Origin: Lingula anatina
Taxonomy: Eukaryota; Animalia; Brachiopoda
Assembly: GCA_051362555.1 (NCBI GenBank)
Contig: CM120641.1
Coordinates: forward strand, 8,432,001 to 8,496,000
Length of the DNA: 64,000 nt
Reading direction: 5' to 3'
The notes beneath the pieces were generated by a model that saw only the letters and a list, made by a program, of their open reading frames with translations, searched no databases and was not told the origin of the DNA. Positions 39,301 through 53,900 of the stretch are shown here, piece by piece; within the stretch, counting starts at the first letter, position 1, and every line of letters begins with the position of its first letter. The position numbers were made by a program, and so were the translations under genes.

Positions 39301-42300
39301 GTAGCTTCAGCTGGCTTCTTTTTTCATGTCTATCCCCAGACTTGCTTAAATATTAGCTAAATGAGCTACCTGCCTCATTGACCTGTATAAGTGCAAACAG
39401 TATGTCAAGAGACAACCAGCTTCAACCGTTTGCCAACACAATCCAACACTCTAAAAGATTAGAGGGATAACAACTGTTCATTTTGGCCAAAAATGGATCT
39501 TCCTGGGGTAAACGTTTTCAGTTTTGAAGGTATGAAAATACATAGCTTAGCATTTTTCAAAATCTCTTTCTATGCCTGAAAAGAAAATGATTTACAATGT
39601 CCAAGCAACAAATCTGGAATGTGGCCTGTGGGGCTGGTTTTAATGATCTCAAAATAAATAAATAAGTAAATAAATAAATAAATAAAAACAGGATAACTTT
39701 ATGAATCATATTCAGACCAGGCATATTCAAACACTATTTGTACCTTTCCCTGCTTGATGATTTTGGCAAATTTGAAGCAAAACGCCATCTCAGTTTTCAA
39801 ATCAATCTAACAAGAATTGTGTACAGCCACAACTTGGCTTCAGCAAACGTTATAGTTGTACCTACACACAGAGCCCTGCCTGTACAGTAAAAAATGATTA
39901 GCAAACACTACACACTTAGAGAGTAATGCAACCCTGAAATAAAAGCTTTCCATTAATAGTAACATAACATCCCAAAAATTCATTACAATGATCTGATCAC
40001 AGCTTAAATTCCCCGAAGCCCTTTTTATCTAATATAACATGAAGCTTTTACTAGTCAGTAGGTGCTTTAATGTAAAATAAAAGGAACTATGAGATGATTA
40101 AAATATGATTTAAGCATATGGTTTTCTTTAAGTACCACCAAAAGTAATTATTAAAATCTAAAAAAAAAATCCAAAACCCATTGCATTTTTTGTTTCACTG
40201 AGCACATACAGCTGCAATAATGCCAACTGTAATTAAGGAACATTTGTAAAGTTGTCCAATTGGGCACATTTCTCTGTTGAAATGAATATGAAAGAGAAGT
40301 TTCATCTCTTTAGAGGGTAATTAGACAGGACATATCATGAACTACACCACAATCAGTATTCCCAGTGTTTTTACTAAGAAAGTACTTCCAACGTTCATCA
40401 ATCTGTAGTGTCAAATTCCCTGCAATTCTGTGCACATAAATAAAACCCCCGGAGGAAATTGAATCTACAAAATAAAAGGCAGGACTTGAATCACTCAAAT
40501 ATTTTTTCTTGTGGGATTATTAGTGACCAGATACAATTGTTAATGCAGTCCCCAAGCAAACCACTCTCCCTATTAACGGACACATGCACTTTCGATGCCA
40601 CACAAACATCCACACTTTCTCTTTTTCAAAAACTATTCTTCAATTATTTTAGTTAGTATGTGTATTGCGATATTTCCAGGATAATTCCCTAGGTCCTCTT
40701 GTGGTCAAAATCACAAAGCTGGTCAATTGGACAGAGATTTCAAGCTAAAAGGATAAAACTACATTCCCTTGGCTCAAGAAAGTTGTTTTAAGATAAAATA
40801 TCTATCAAATAATTTTTCATAACCTTCCTAAAATGTCCATACAAAGCGTGCTTTTTCCCCATCCTAGAGGTATCATCAAGTCATATCCAATGCACTTAAC
40901 AATGTAGAACTTGGTGACTTATCAAAATTAATGAAAAACACAGTCCCTAAATCTAAATTTTCTAACAATTACACCTGTAATTCATCAAGAACTAACTTGG
41001 TAACCTTAGAAATGAAAAAATCTTAGACCCAAATGACTAAAATTGTCCCTTTTGACCATGAACTTTAAAATCCACTATTTTTAGTATGAAACATCCATTT
41101 TTTGTACAAAATATCACCCCTCATGCCAAATGAGTTTACTTTCAGATTGAAACTATAACTAAGCTGCTTTTGTGATACACTAAGACTGCATTCCCACAAA
41201 TTTAGATCGATCCACCTGGATCGACCTAACTCCCTGGGGGTTCATGCTAAATTGCTGTCAGCCGAGTGCGCATGGAAGTTAATTACCCCCTTACAGTTTT
41301 TAGTAGGCGGGACAGACATTTAAGCCAGCTAAGCTGACTGTAATCTAGTGAGACTCCCCACAGGGATAGATCGATCTAAAATCTGTGGGAATGCAGTCTA
41401 AAACTGTAACATAATATGATATATACATCCAATCCAGAGTATCCTTTGATGAAGGCAAAACTGTACATATAAAAAAACTTGAGAAAAGTTTCCATGGCAA
41501 GACCCTGATAAACATAAAAATTGTCAGTACATCCTTACCTAACAGTTATCAAATATATGATGCATCTTGCATTCAAGACATATGGGGTTTTACTAGTTGT
41601 TCTAAAGATGATCTTTTCCCCCTTGCCAATGTGAACCATTTGCAAACTCATCCAAGAGACCATGAAACAATTGCATGTAACTCCATCAGCAGCTTATGTG
41701 CCCAAAATTGGGTTGTATTAGCTGACATCTTTGCATTAAGTTCAGAGGTCTGTAACATATACAAACAGATGGGCAGACAGACAGACATACAAACACAAAG
41801 AAGGGGGCTAATCATCTTTCTATCTGAATCTTCAAAGTTGCCAACATTTAGGAACAAGCAAAATTCCAAAGAAAGATTTACCTTTAATCAACAAAGAGCA
41901 GTCATTTATACCTGAAGTAAAAAAAAATTTCTTGGTCTAGATGATGTAACGATTCTTCACCAACAATAAATATGTCAAAGTATAATCTTTCAGCCCAAAT
42001 GATCTGTAAAGCCCTGGAGAACTAAGTAATAAAGACCAGCAGACGTGAGATTGATGGCAGTCTGTTTCATATCCCAAACAGGATAACTTAAACATAATAA
42101 TCATCGACCAGATGGCCTTGTGGTCAAAGTGTCCACCTCCAGAGCAGGATGATGTGGGTTCTATTGCGTCCTGGGACATACCAGTCCTTTATAAACGGAA
42201 CCTGCCATCTCCCCACTTACCAATGAATAGATAGGGGTTGCAGCAGGAATACAAATCCCTGGTCTAGCAGAGAAAGATATTCTTCATTTGCTAGTTTTCA

Positions 42301-45300
42301 GTGCCCCATAAGGCAGCTGGCTGTATCCTCCCCAAGGAGGCAAAAAGCATCAATAGCCAGACTGTATCAGGGCCAAAAATGAAAAGGTGTCCATGTAAAC
42401 TGCACTGTATTACTGTATATAAGAACAGAACTTTACTTTTACTTGTAATAATTTTTCTTTTCATTTTTACATTCAGTAGTGAGAAATGTGAAGACAACTG
42501 AACCACAAGATTTTTCCCACTCAATACTTTTTCCCCTGATACATAATGTCTGTCATCACTGTAAGGCTGAAAAGATCAAATATATTGTATGTTTCCCAGT
42601 GAGATTTTATAGTCATTATTATCGATACAAAGTTTTTATTCTTTTGTGGGCATTATACAATGACAACCAGGAGAACATTTGAGCTATTGTACAAGTAACA
42701 TGATTTAGAAGAGTCAGATATATTATTTTCTGTGTATTTTCAAAATTGGTATGTTTTAGCAAGAGAATCAAAAGTGTTAAAGCAATATTCCACTCCGCTT
42801 TTTTTTTGGTGATCTAAAGAAAAAATAGGTCATACAATAGTGTCATTTTAACCTTACTATTTATGTATTTCTGTAAAAATGTTTGAATTTACAGACAATA
42901 TGATTTTTTATTCACTTAGCATCATTGCTCAAACGCATAAAAATGAAATCCAGAAGAGCAATGACCAAGAAATCTGAACTATGTATATCATAACAATATG
43001 CCACTAACAACCTGTTTTTATTTCAAACATTTTCCCACAACCTCAACTGCAAAGAATCAAAACAGCTTAACATTTCTTATAGCATAGAAGGGAAATGGAA
43101 AAAATTGTGGTATTCAATTATTTTGGTCTAAAAAATATAATTCAAACCACTAGACTGAGAAGAAATATCAAAATTAGAATAGTGTAATTGGTTGTTTACT
43201 CCCCCCCCCCAAAAAAAGGAAATACATTTGCTTAATCTAAATTCTTCCCACTCTACACTGAACTGTGTACATTCATCTGAGAGTTAAACTTGTCTTGATT
43301 CAATTTCCAGGGATTACACCTACTGTGAATTGAAACAACATCAGCAAATGGTGAAGACTGTTTAATCTTTCAAGCCAAATTTACTGACACAAATTTACAG
43401 AAAACTGAATCAAACAAAAAAAATACATCATGTTTTAAAATAGGCTCTTCAATTAAAATACAATAAAACTGAATAATAATTAAAGGTACAATGTGCTCCT
43501 TTGAAAATTTGTCAAAGCCGTATTTTCCATGTTTACATATCCTGCAAAGCTATTTTATTAAATCTTTCCCAATCCAGCCCTAAAAAATAAAACCCCTCAA
43601 GTAAATGTACAGAAAGACATGTAAATCAGAAACAGACTTCACAATTATACTACTTACTATCATGTAAATTATTTAGAAGCAAACCATTAATTTAAAAATG
43701 GAATAAATCATTGCATCCAAGTGTAGGGAGGGGTCGAGCAATGATTTATGAGGAGAAATTTGCTTTTTTGTTGTGGGTAAATCCCAAATAGTGAAAGGCT
43801 CCACACAGCTATTGGCATTACTTGCCTGGCGCAAGTGATTATTTGAGTAGTAAAACACAAAAGGCTAATTATGCTGTATGTGTCACACATAACCTACTTT
43901 TTTAAAAATTCCATAAATATTACTTCTAAATTTTTTACATCTGATTCATTCAGATGATGCAAGAAGAAAATTTAAAAGTAGTAGGCTGTGATAGTGATAC
44001 CTTACCTTAAAGCTACGTAAGCATACCATTATTTGCAATTATGGATAAGCTAAACAATAATATGTAACCCATTTTCAGTTGCTTTGAATATGAAAGACGA
44101 CAGAGAAACAGACTTCACAATTATACTACTTAGTAATACTCTTATGTATTGACATGGTACATATAATATCTATAAGCCTTTTGAGTTTTGTTGTTTGTAT
44201 TTGGATAACTTTATGGGTTTGGGCGGTGACAATGCATAATGCCTTCTTATATAAAGAAAGACGCAGTTTCCTAGACACTCAGACAAGTTGGTTGGCCTAA
44301 ACTTATAAGAACAACCACTGCTTGAAAAATGTGATTTTTGAGTAGGGCAATTAAATTTTTGTCAAGCCCTATACAGTACCTTTAAGTAAAAACATATACA
44401 CACACACACACCTTCAACAGCATAAGGTCACAGAAAAAAACCTACTGAAGGGAGTTAGGTCGTATTCAGAACAGATGATCTGCGGACTCCACGGTTCAAA
44501 TATGGCTCACCCCATATAATCCCCTAAAGGTCTCCTTGCCTATCACACGCACCAGTCCTACAGGGGCTTTGCAATTAAACCTTCGGAGCCAACATATAAC
44601 CTGTTTAATTGCTAGACCCCTGCAGGATTGATGTGTCTGGTAGGCAGGGAGATAATTAGGGGATTATGTGACATGGCTTTTAAGTGGGGTTGGCCATATT
44701 TGATCTGTTAGGCCTCGGATCATCAGTTCTAAATGTGGCCTAAGAAGTCTGTGTTGAGGCACAAAGTATTTGCACTGTCAGAAAGAATCACAGTAAACCT
44801 ATCTGAATGTCTGCAAGTAAATCAATCAAATGTAAAGAATTGAGGATAAGGAATGACCAACACTCAGGATATAAATTTATTCATTTTATAAGAACAAAGG
44901 GGACTGAGTTGGTCCCTACCTGTTCTTTGACTTCCACAGGGTGGTCCCCTTCTAAAATAAGTATCACTGCCTGCATTATCTGTATCCCATGCATACTCAT
45001 GATATGGTCTATGTGCTGCAACAGAAAATATAAACCATAACTATTCATGAAACATACCATGATCTTGTGCTTAAAAAGAGGCCACATTTCTTACATGAAT
45101 CACAAATGTATAAGTTCACTTGAGCCAGACTAGGAAAAATAGTCAAAATGATAACAAGATAATTATAAATCAAAATATCATTATCTTATAAAGAACAAGA
45201 CCACTATTAAATGAGGTACTGCTCTAACATGAACTGATCACACCCATAGGCATAACAGGGGTAGGGACAAATTTTATTATTATTCCAAATAGGAAAATGT

Positions 45301-48300
45301 GTGCAAATCCCTTCCCTCCTTCTAATTAGTGGTTGCAAATGTGATTGGAAATGAAATATTGATACTGCTGGCAGACTGCAAGAGCATATACCGCAAACTG
45401 ATACTTAATGTGTTTTAATTTGATAATGTAAAATGTGCAAGTAGTCCCAAAACAATATAATGAGAGATAATGGCAAATGACTATTGAGTAAAATAATGCA
45501 TAGAATGATCATAAACGTTCTATTAAAGAAGGCAACATTTGGGAAGTAAGGGGACGGGTAACAAAAAACCAACTAAAAATTATTATCAATGTAAGATTAA
45601 CCTTTCTTCTTTGATAAAAGAATAACAATTTAAGGAAAGTCAGATTATTAAGACCACACCTTTGCAACTGTTGGATAAAAGTCATGGTGAAAAATATATA
45701 TAACCAGAGCGACAGGGGCATCAAAAACAAGGACAAAGATAACCAAACTTCTACAGCTATCAGAAATATTCCAGGATTCCTTTTCACACTAGAACTTCAT
45801 TCAAAAGTCGGTCCTACATTCTTTTAAAAATTGGTCATTATTTTTCTTAATTCATTCAGTGTCAGGCTAAACCATTACACACTTCTTATTTTCTGTAAAA
45901 CCACCCCAATATTCCCAATAAAGTGAACCATTACTTTATTATCTGAACATTATAGAACTAGCAAGTCCCCTGAAAAAAACTAAGCTCACAAGTTATGACA
46001 AATTCTACTAAAATGGTAGAAACAAAAAGAGCTCGGTCTACATTTTGAAGAAATCCTCCAGGGATCGACAAAATTTTTTCTGAGAAAAGATTTCTGCATG
46101 ATATACCATGATTTCACAGGATATTCAATTATATCTTGAGGATTCCATGCTTACTGGCTTGTTAGAGAGGAGATTCCGTAACAGTCCCAGTGTCTTCATG
46201 AGAACATTGACATCAGGATCAGAGAGCAGACGGAAGAGCTGGTCTGTACCCAGGGCTGTGAGGATCTGGCTTTTCACCTTCTCTTCTGCTTGGAATGTCA
46301 TATTCTAAAAACCAAAATCATAGGGTTGAGGGGTTTTAAAGATTAACACTAAGTTACATAATTGTAAATAATTTATATCATGTGATAGGCAGTTTTTTCA
46401 TTAATATAAAACAGTGAATTTTTTAATATTCTAAAAAGTGAATTAAAGTGCTCCGTGTCTTACTATTGGAGAACAATATCCATTGGATAAAATAGTTATC
46501 CTCTGGAAATTTATCCTGTTTCACAAACAATGGATACTTTTTTATTCTGATATTGCTATCCATTGGCGGTGATCCTCAGGCTAACTGCCCAAAGGGTCCA
46601 ATAGATAGTGTCATGCAATGAGATGCTCTAATGATAATCTGATCATCTGCTGAAGTCAATTCTAATGTCAACACTCCCAGCAGTATATTAATTCCACATG
46701 GAAAGCATCTGATCCCTCCTCCACTTACCATAAGTGCCCAAATTCCATTCAACCTCAAAACTGGATTTTCCCTCTTAGTAAGTGCTACAAGTAAGTCGAC
46801 TGCACCCAGGTCAAGAATGGGCTGTAAAATTAAAAACAGATAGTTATTCAGATATACAAAGAAAATATCTTTAAGAAAAAATACAATGGATAACATCCTC
46901 AACAAAACACAATTACACTTCCATTAATATATCAGATCTGATGTTTTATTTTTTAATTTGTTCAAACAATGAAAATCGGGAAGTGCTGAACCTAATGCAT
47001 TACCAAATTGCTCAATATACATACACAGATTAGTTTTCAATTCTTATTTTAAGCCATGCATCCTGTCCCTTTTGATACAAACTTGTTTGATAAAATCACA
47101 CAATGCCTGCAAATTCCCAGGCTACAAATCCTCTTAAAAGGAATACCAGACATCCAATAACTTCCTTGGGAAACCTCACTCGTCTTATTAAATTGCTGAC
47201 ATCTTTGACCAAGTTCAGTTGAGGAAAATGTACCAAATGACATTTATTTCATAAGTGTCTGATCACGTCTGAATGGTGTTTCGAAGATGCAGACATTTCT
47301 GCAGACTAAATGTTTTGGTGCATTTAGTCTATTTGCTTTGGTAAAGATGACAAATCAGAGGTAAATTTGGTCAACCAAATAAGGTATTGTAATTAAATAA
47401 TGTGGTAAACACCAACCTAATTTTTCACATTCTTAAAAAAAGTCGTCATACTAATATACAGAATTTCTAAAGCCTATTATATAGGCAACAGAAAATAAAC
47501 AACAAAGGTAATAAATAAGGCATGCAATATCTAATCTAGTTTTCACTTTAGTTAAAGATATTCAACAGGTCTAAGAGCTAGGAAAACACAAAAAGAAAAC
47601 AGCCAAGGTAATAAGTACATTAATCAAAACATTTCCTGATTTTATTATCACCTTGCCACGAAGCATCCGTCCTACCTCTTTGCTTGGAGAAAACTCCAGC
47701 AAGAGATTACATAATGTTGAGGATGCCACCGTCAACACATCATCTGAGGCCATTGTAATGAGCTGAAATATAGATATACAAGTTTAGTATGAAGTGTGAA
47801 ACACCTTTGCATATATGTAGATGCATGTGGGATATAAAACAAACTGCATACTCTCTAAGGCTGCATTCACAACAGTGAACTAACAGATCTGCGGATCAAA
47901 TATGGCAACCCAGTTAAAAGCTTGCCGTGTAATTCCCTCATAGACACCAAATGGATTCCCCGCGGATTGTTGAGAACACATTGTCTGCTGCCGTTTAAAT
48001 ATGCGATATAAATAGTAGAAAATACTTATATATAACATTAGTTTGATTTGAGACTTTTTATAAATGCTTCTTTTTCTAAGGTTTAAATATAAATAGACAC
48101 TTTATTGGGCCCTGGCGTGGATGTCAAAAATCCATTCTCTTTTGTCAAAGATGCAGAAAGAGGAGAAAATATCACTCAATTGTGACAAGGAATCTCCAAA
48201 AGCTCCCAACATGCTGTTTCTTATATCTTCAGCCATATTCAAAATAGTTTGGGGTTGATAAAAAGTACCCGTATGTAAACAACCAGAATTGCAACTCGGG

Positions 48301-50860
48301 CTTGCCAAATTGTTAGTGCTAGGTATTGCTATGGTGTGAATACTTTTATGGTATGTTGGTTTAATTCATGGGTAGAGTGGTTAATATGGGCGTTAGTGCT
48401 AAAAGATCTGCAGATACTGTAAGTAAATGGCAATTATCATTTTAATGAGGCCTGGGTGTATAATAAAGACGTAGTGGGTTGTCTGAGATAGCTGAAAAGA
48501 TAATAACAACACTAGGTATGCCTTCAGATAATCTTTTCTTTGAAGGGACAGTCTTAGACCACGCCTCTCCATGTGTAGTCCCAATGGAGCCGAGATATAA
48601 TGACTGTACCCCCGCAGGGCCGATGCGTGGGGAGGCGTGTGAGAGGCGGAGAGACTATTAAAAGATTAGGCGGTTTTTCTTTCATGTACATCCGCCATAT
48701 TTAGTCCCCAGGATTTGTAAAGCCTGGCTCAATTCGTTGTGAATGCGGTCTTAATGTCTTTAAGCTGAATTAAGAAATATAAGAAGCCTTGCAGGACGTA
48801 AATATGACTGTAGGGCATTTTGAAATGTACGGAGAGTACCTTTAATCTTATATTCATATATTAATTTACGTACTTTAACACATGTTACCCACAATGTGAC
48901 ATGAGATAAATTACTGAAGTGTGACATAACAAAGCTCTTAGGCTTGCCCTGATATCACAGATGACATAAAAAAGTTGACATGGCTTTGTGGCTTCAGCTT
49001 CATATCCTGACTGAAGCTAGCAGCATGAAAGAGGAGGTCTTTGAATCACACTGAAGTCTGCTGTCACAAATGTGAAGCTGGGTCACTTTAATTTCCAGTA
49101 ACTGTGACTACATAATATAGAGTAAACTGTTTCAGTTCATTTTTTTTTTTCTAAAACCAATCAATCATAAGTCGTTTTTTTTTTTCAGATCGCAATTACT
49201 TGTCAAAATGTATGCTTCTTACAAAATGTTTTAACACAAATTTATTTACAAAGTAAAAGCATCTTTTTGTGTGAAAAAAACATATAAATAATTAAAAAAA
49301 TAAATAAATAAAAATGCTCTTCAAAGCCTTCATGAAATGAAAAGTTTTGACTAAATTATCTGTGCTAAGTATATCAAATGACAAAGCAGCAAATCTGTCA
49401 AATGTACAGGCCTAAAGCAGAAAAAAATGATGCCACTTCAAATATAATTTTTATGCAATATTACATAATTCTTAACTGCATAATCATTGCCCAATTTTAA
49501 TTTTGTACTACAGATAGCAAGAACATTCAGAATAGCATGTAACTACTTAAACCCCCTTTACACTGGACAGCGTCCTTTCTGCAAGCATGAAACTGGCATC
49601 GCTGTAGTCATAGAAAGGAGGCAAAAGCATAGCTTTGGTTGAAAAATGAATGCTCAATGATAGGCCCGTTGTCAGCACGTAAAGTATTATTATTTTTTAC
49701 TCTTAAATGGGGCCGCATTATTGAATGCAGAAAGGATGCTGTCCAGTGTAAAGGGGGATTAATGGGGTTCAAGCCAATGGGAGTTCAGTCTATATTGGAT
49801 ATGCCATGTCCAAAAATATAAGTAAAAAAGTTTTTTTTTTAAATAACGAACATAAATAATCCAATAAGACTTGGTTGCCAACATGAGCATTATTCTAGTT
49901 CTAGTAAAATAAGCACCTACTTTTATGATGTTAATGTTGGATGTGCACAGAGTGGTTTTGTCAATTTTGCTGCAATATTAATTTTCAATCTTGTGCTACA
50001 GGTAACACGAACATTCAGAAAATGTTACTAGTTTAGGGCTTCAGTCCCATGGGATTTCAAAGTCTCACAATGAAAATGCCAATATATGAAAAAAAAAAAC
50101 AACATTACTTCCAGGAAAAATAACCCCATCCCTTGTTTTTTCTGAATCACACTGTGTCTATACATAAAAATAAGATTATTTATTAGACTACAGTGTGACT
50201 GGACTTTTAAAAACTTTTTTAATATTTTAATATTTTTTTTACTCACTTCAGAAAAAAATCTGCATCAAAGTGGATTATCTATTCTTTCCAAAATAAAAAA
50301 TGTGCTAACAGGCTTAGGCATTCTATTAATTAAAAAATGATCAGAAACACAAATACACAACCAATATCTTTGATAATTTCTGTAAAATGTACAGGCCATG
50401 CCAACACTAATTCAGTTTGGTTACTGTAATGTCTTTAACTACTCAACCAATGTCTTTCAGTTCATCTAGTCACCCCCTCCCCCCCTCCATCCTTCAAGTT
50501 ATGTATTATGTTATGTATTATGTATTAAGATATCTTTCACGTGCAATCCGAACTGGCCCACCTTATGCCTACTTCTGGTACATAACACTTGGCAAATTTG
50601 ACATTTTAAAGTCTAAATCAGGTTTGGGAACAAAAGAATGTAAGGAAACCCCTTTTCGAATCTTGACTACAATGCTGCAGCACATCACGGGTTTCCTAGC
50701 TCACTAACAAGCAAAAGTGTATTGGTATGGTTCTAGAAAAAGGTTAAATCGTAATTGGTAAAATGAAGACCAATTCCCAGGGCACCAAAAGTCTCAATCC
50801 TTCAACAAGTCTTCAAACTGCAACCGATTTCACTAATTTGGTGTGATGGCACGGGGTCAG

Positions 50861-50933
<73 letters not shown>

Positions 50934-53900
50934 TTCTTAAAAGGGTGCTTGTGCTGGCAGGGGTGTTTTGGAAAATGGCAATATACAAATTCTACTTAAG
51001 CATAAAAACTAGCATCTGTTATCTGAGTTTGTGTGTGTATGCATTCTTGTTCCTGGTGCTTCTGTTATTAGTTGAAATACAGAAATACCAATTCATAAAA
51101 AAGTATTAGGATTAAATTTGGCTATGCATGTTTGTGTAAGCAAGCTAATGTGCCTGCTCACATCTGTAAAAGGCAAATGTCTGATATATATATATATATA
51201 TATATATAATATAAGAGAGATAAAAGACTAAATATTGCCATTTCATCAGCATGAATTAAGGGTTAAGTACCAAGCATTCAATCAAAGTACTCACTTTCAT
51301 GAGTGGTTTCCATACAGAGTGGTCTTGGAAACTTGTCCTTAGTTGTTGTACAGAGCGCGAGAGGCTGTGCATACACCTGACCGCAGCTAACTGGACCTTG
51401 GGGTTGGTGTCCTGAAGACCGTTCACTATATGGTCCATCAGGTTCTCTGTCTCTATAACCTGCCATGAAATCAAGTTGAAAATTAACCACAAGTTTATTG
51501 AAACAAAACAATTCACCGCTACTTCAAAAAAGTGTAAATTCTTATGACAAATAATCTAAACAAATATAAGATTAGATTATTTCAGGTTTGAAATTGATTG
51601 TCCATATATGAAAATATGTACATTCTTTATCACAATAGGTCACTTTACAATAATTGGTCAGTCCCTTATTCTGCATCCCTTTCAATTGAATGTTTGAAAT
51701 AAACATATCTTGTTTGTTACTTTCTGTTTATCATTATCAAATCAGACAAGGGCATATTTGACAACAGGTAGAGATTGTGCACAATTCCCATTAATCCACA
51801 GCAAGACTAACTGTAACTGGTGAAAAGAAACAAAATCAATTTACAAGACAGCCGGATATCTTAACAAGAAATCAGTCCTTTTATTACCCCCCGAGTTAGT
51901 TAGGCTGTGAACATGACTCAATTGCTCAATGCCCTGTGGTGTATCAGGCAAGTTAACCCCAATACCAGAAGTCCAGCAAAGTTATATTAAGTTCAATATA
52001 ATGTAATTTTCCCATTTGAATGCAAGAAATGTAAGCCATGATGTGCTGAGCAGGCAAGATAAAAATACTTGATATATGGGACTGGTTGCACTTTTCTTGA
52101 AAATAAACTACTTCAATTTAGATCCACAGATGTGCAAACGTGGGAATAGAGTCCAAATGTGATTTAACTTAGGATAATATCCCTCTGAACACCCATTGTT
52201 GGGAAACAGGATCTAGTCCTGCCCCCCACCCCACCCACAGGGAACCAATTTAAGATCTTCCATCACCAAGAGAAAAGAAAAAATATATTTCATTAATAAG
52301 TATTAGAATTTTGATAACCTGTATATATTTGTGACAGGCTTCACCAATGACAGAGATGGTGCCACACAGATTTAAATCATTATTACATCTGAGAGATTAA
52401 TAGGCCAAGTGCATTGAAATATGAATATTAAACTATACAGTGATGTATGTGATTTAGTTTTTTACCCTGAGTAATAATAAAATAATAATTTTTGAAGTGA
52501 CCAATTGATTATTTTAAATGCCAGCATGTTTTTGAACAATTATCCTGTTCACACATAGCATTGTGAAATGTGATTAGTCCCATTTACACCAACATGGTTA
52601 ATCGAGATTAAGGGAATCGCGATTCTAACGCGCTTAGCTAAATTCACTTTTTTGCGTTCGCACATGTAAAAACGAAATCGCGATTCACCTTGCTAGATCT
52701 GGTAATTGCTGCCTTCAAGACCATGCTTTCGGTGTGTACGGTGTTATTTTCCGTTTAATACTCTCATCGGCCCAAATATTTAGTTATGCTGCCACTGATT
52801 TTTCAGACCAGTACGTCCTCTTGGCCATTTTGCTGACTGCGAAGAAACTTGATATTGCGTGAACAGTCTGTTTTCTTTCACTTTCAATAGAAACTGCACA
52901 CGCGCCTTAAGTCCTCGACTTCCGGTGTTAACATCGATCCCATTCTCACTAGGAAATTATATATCGCGATTTAAGTTTACATCGATAGAATCCACCTCTC
53001 GAGTAGGATTAATTTGAATTGCGATTTGGTGTCTCTACTTCGTTCACACTAGAAGCTTTACATCGATAGAATAGCGATTTGGCACTAATCGCGATTGAAA
53101 GTGTCTCGTGTGAATGGGGTTATTAGTGCCAAATTGAAATTCTATAAATGTAAAGCCTCTAGTGTGAACGCAATAGCAACGCCAAATCACAATTCAAATA
53201 AATCCACCTCTTGAGTAGGATTCTATCAATGCAAACGGGGTATAAAACTTCTAGTGAGAATGCAATTGATGTAAACACCAGATGTTGAGGACTATTGGCA
53301 TTTGCGCAGTGTCTTTGAAAGTGTCCAGTTGCAAGTGAAAAAAAACAAAAAAACACACTGTCCATGACTGTAAAGCAAGAGCAAGAGAATGTTTTGGCCT
53401 CCCAAACCAAGTATTTTATACAAAACAAAAGAAAAGAACATCATAAACATCAGTGCAAAAACATAGCTGTTGAGTCTGGAAGCTAATGCCCATGATCAAC
53501 AGGACATACTGTGGTTCCCCTACCCAGTGAGGGTACAATTACCAGATTTAGCAAGGTGAATCGTGACTTCATTCTTACATGTGTCAATGCAAAAAAGTAA
53601 ATTTAGATAAGCGCATTAGAATTTCGATTTCCTTAATCTCGATTACCATGCTGTGTGTGAATGGGGCTAATGATAGCGGGTTTGAGGAATTCTTGGAAAA
53701 ATCTCTGCCCTTTTTCTCAGAGAAGACACCACAAAATGTGCATTAGTCCAATTGATTAGCCTGAATGTGTAAAACCACAGTCATGATGGGTTGCAACTAA
53801 AACCTTTCAATTGAATTGCACTCTTGATGCTAGACATGAACATTTAGAATTGTTTTCACCTATAGTTTCAATAATGGCCAAAATGTGTGTATCTTCAGTT

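Noticed and set aside
40660-41850. Possible old reverse-oriented HINE remnant with a (GACA)n tract near 41775
   Set aside because: Too diverged to define termini or family from this window alone.
42105-42175. tRNA gene
   Set aside because: The A/B boxes are degenerate, no cloverleaf or acceptor stem is evident, and the sequence continues into a SINE-like body.
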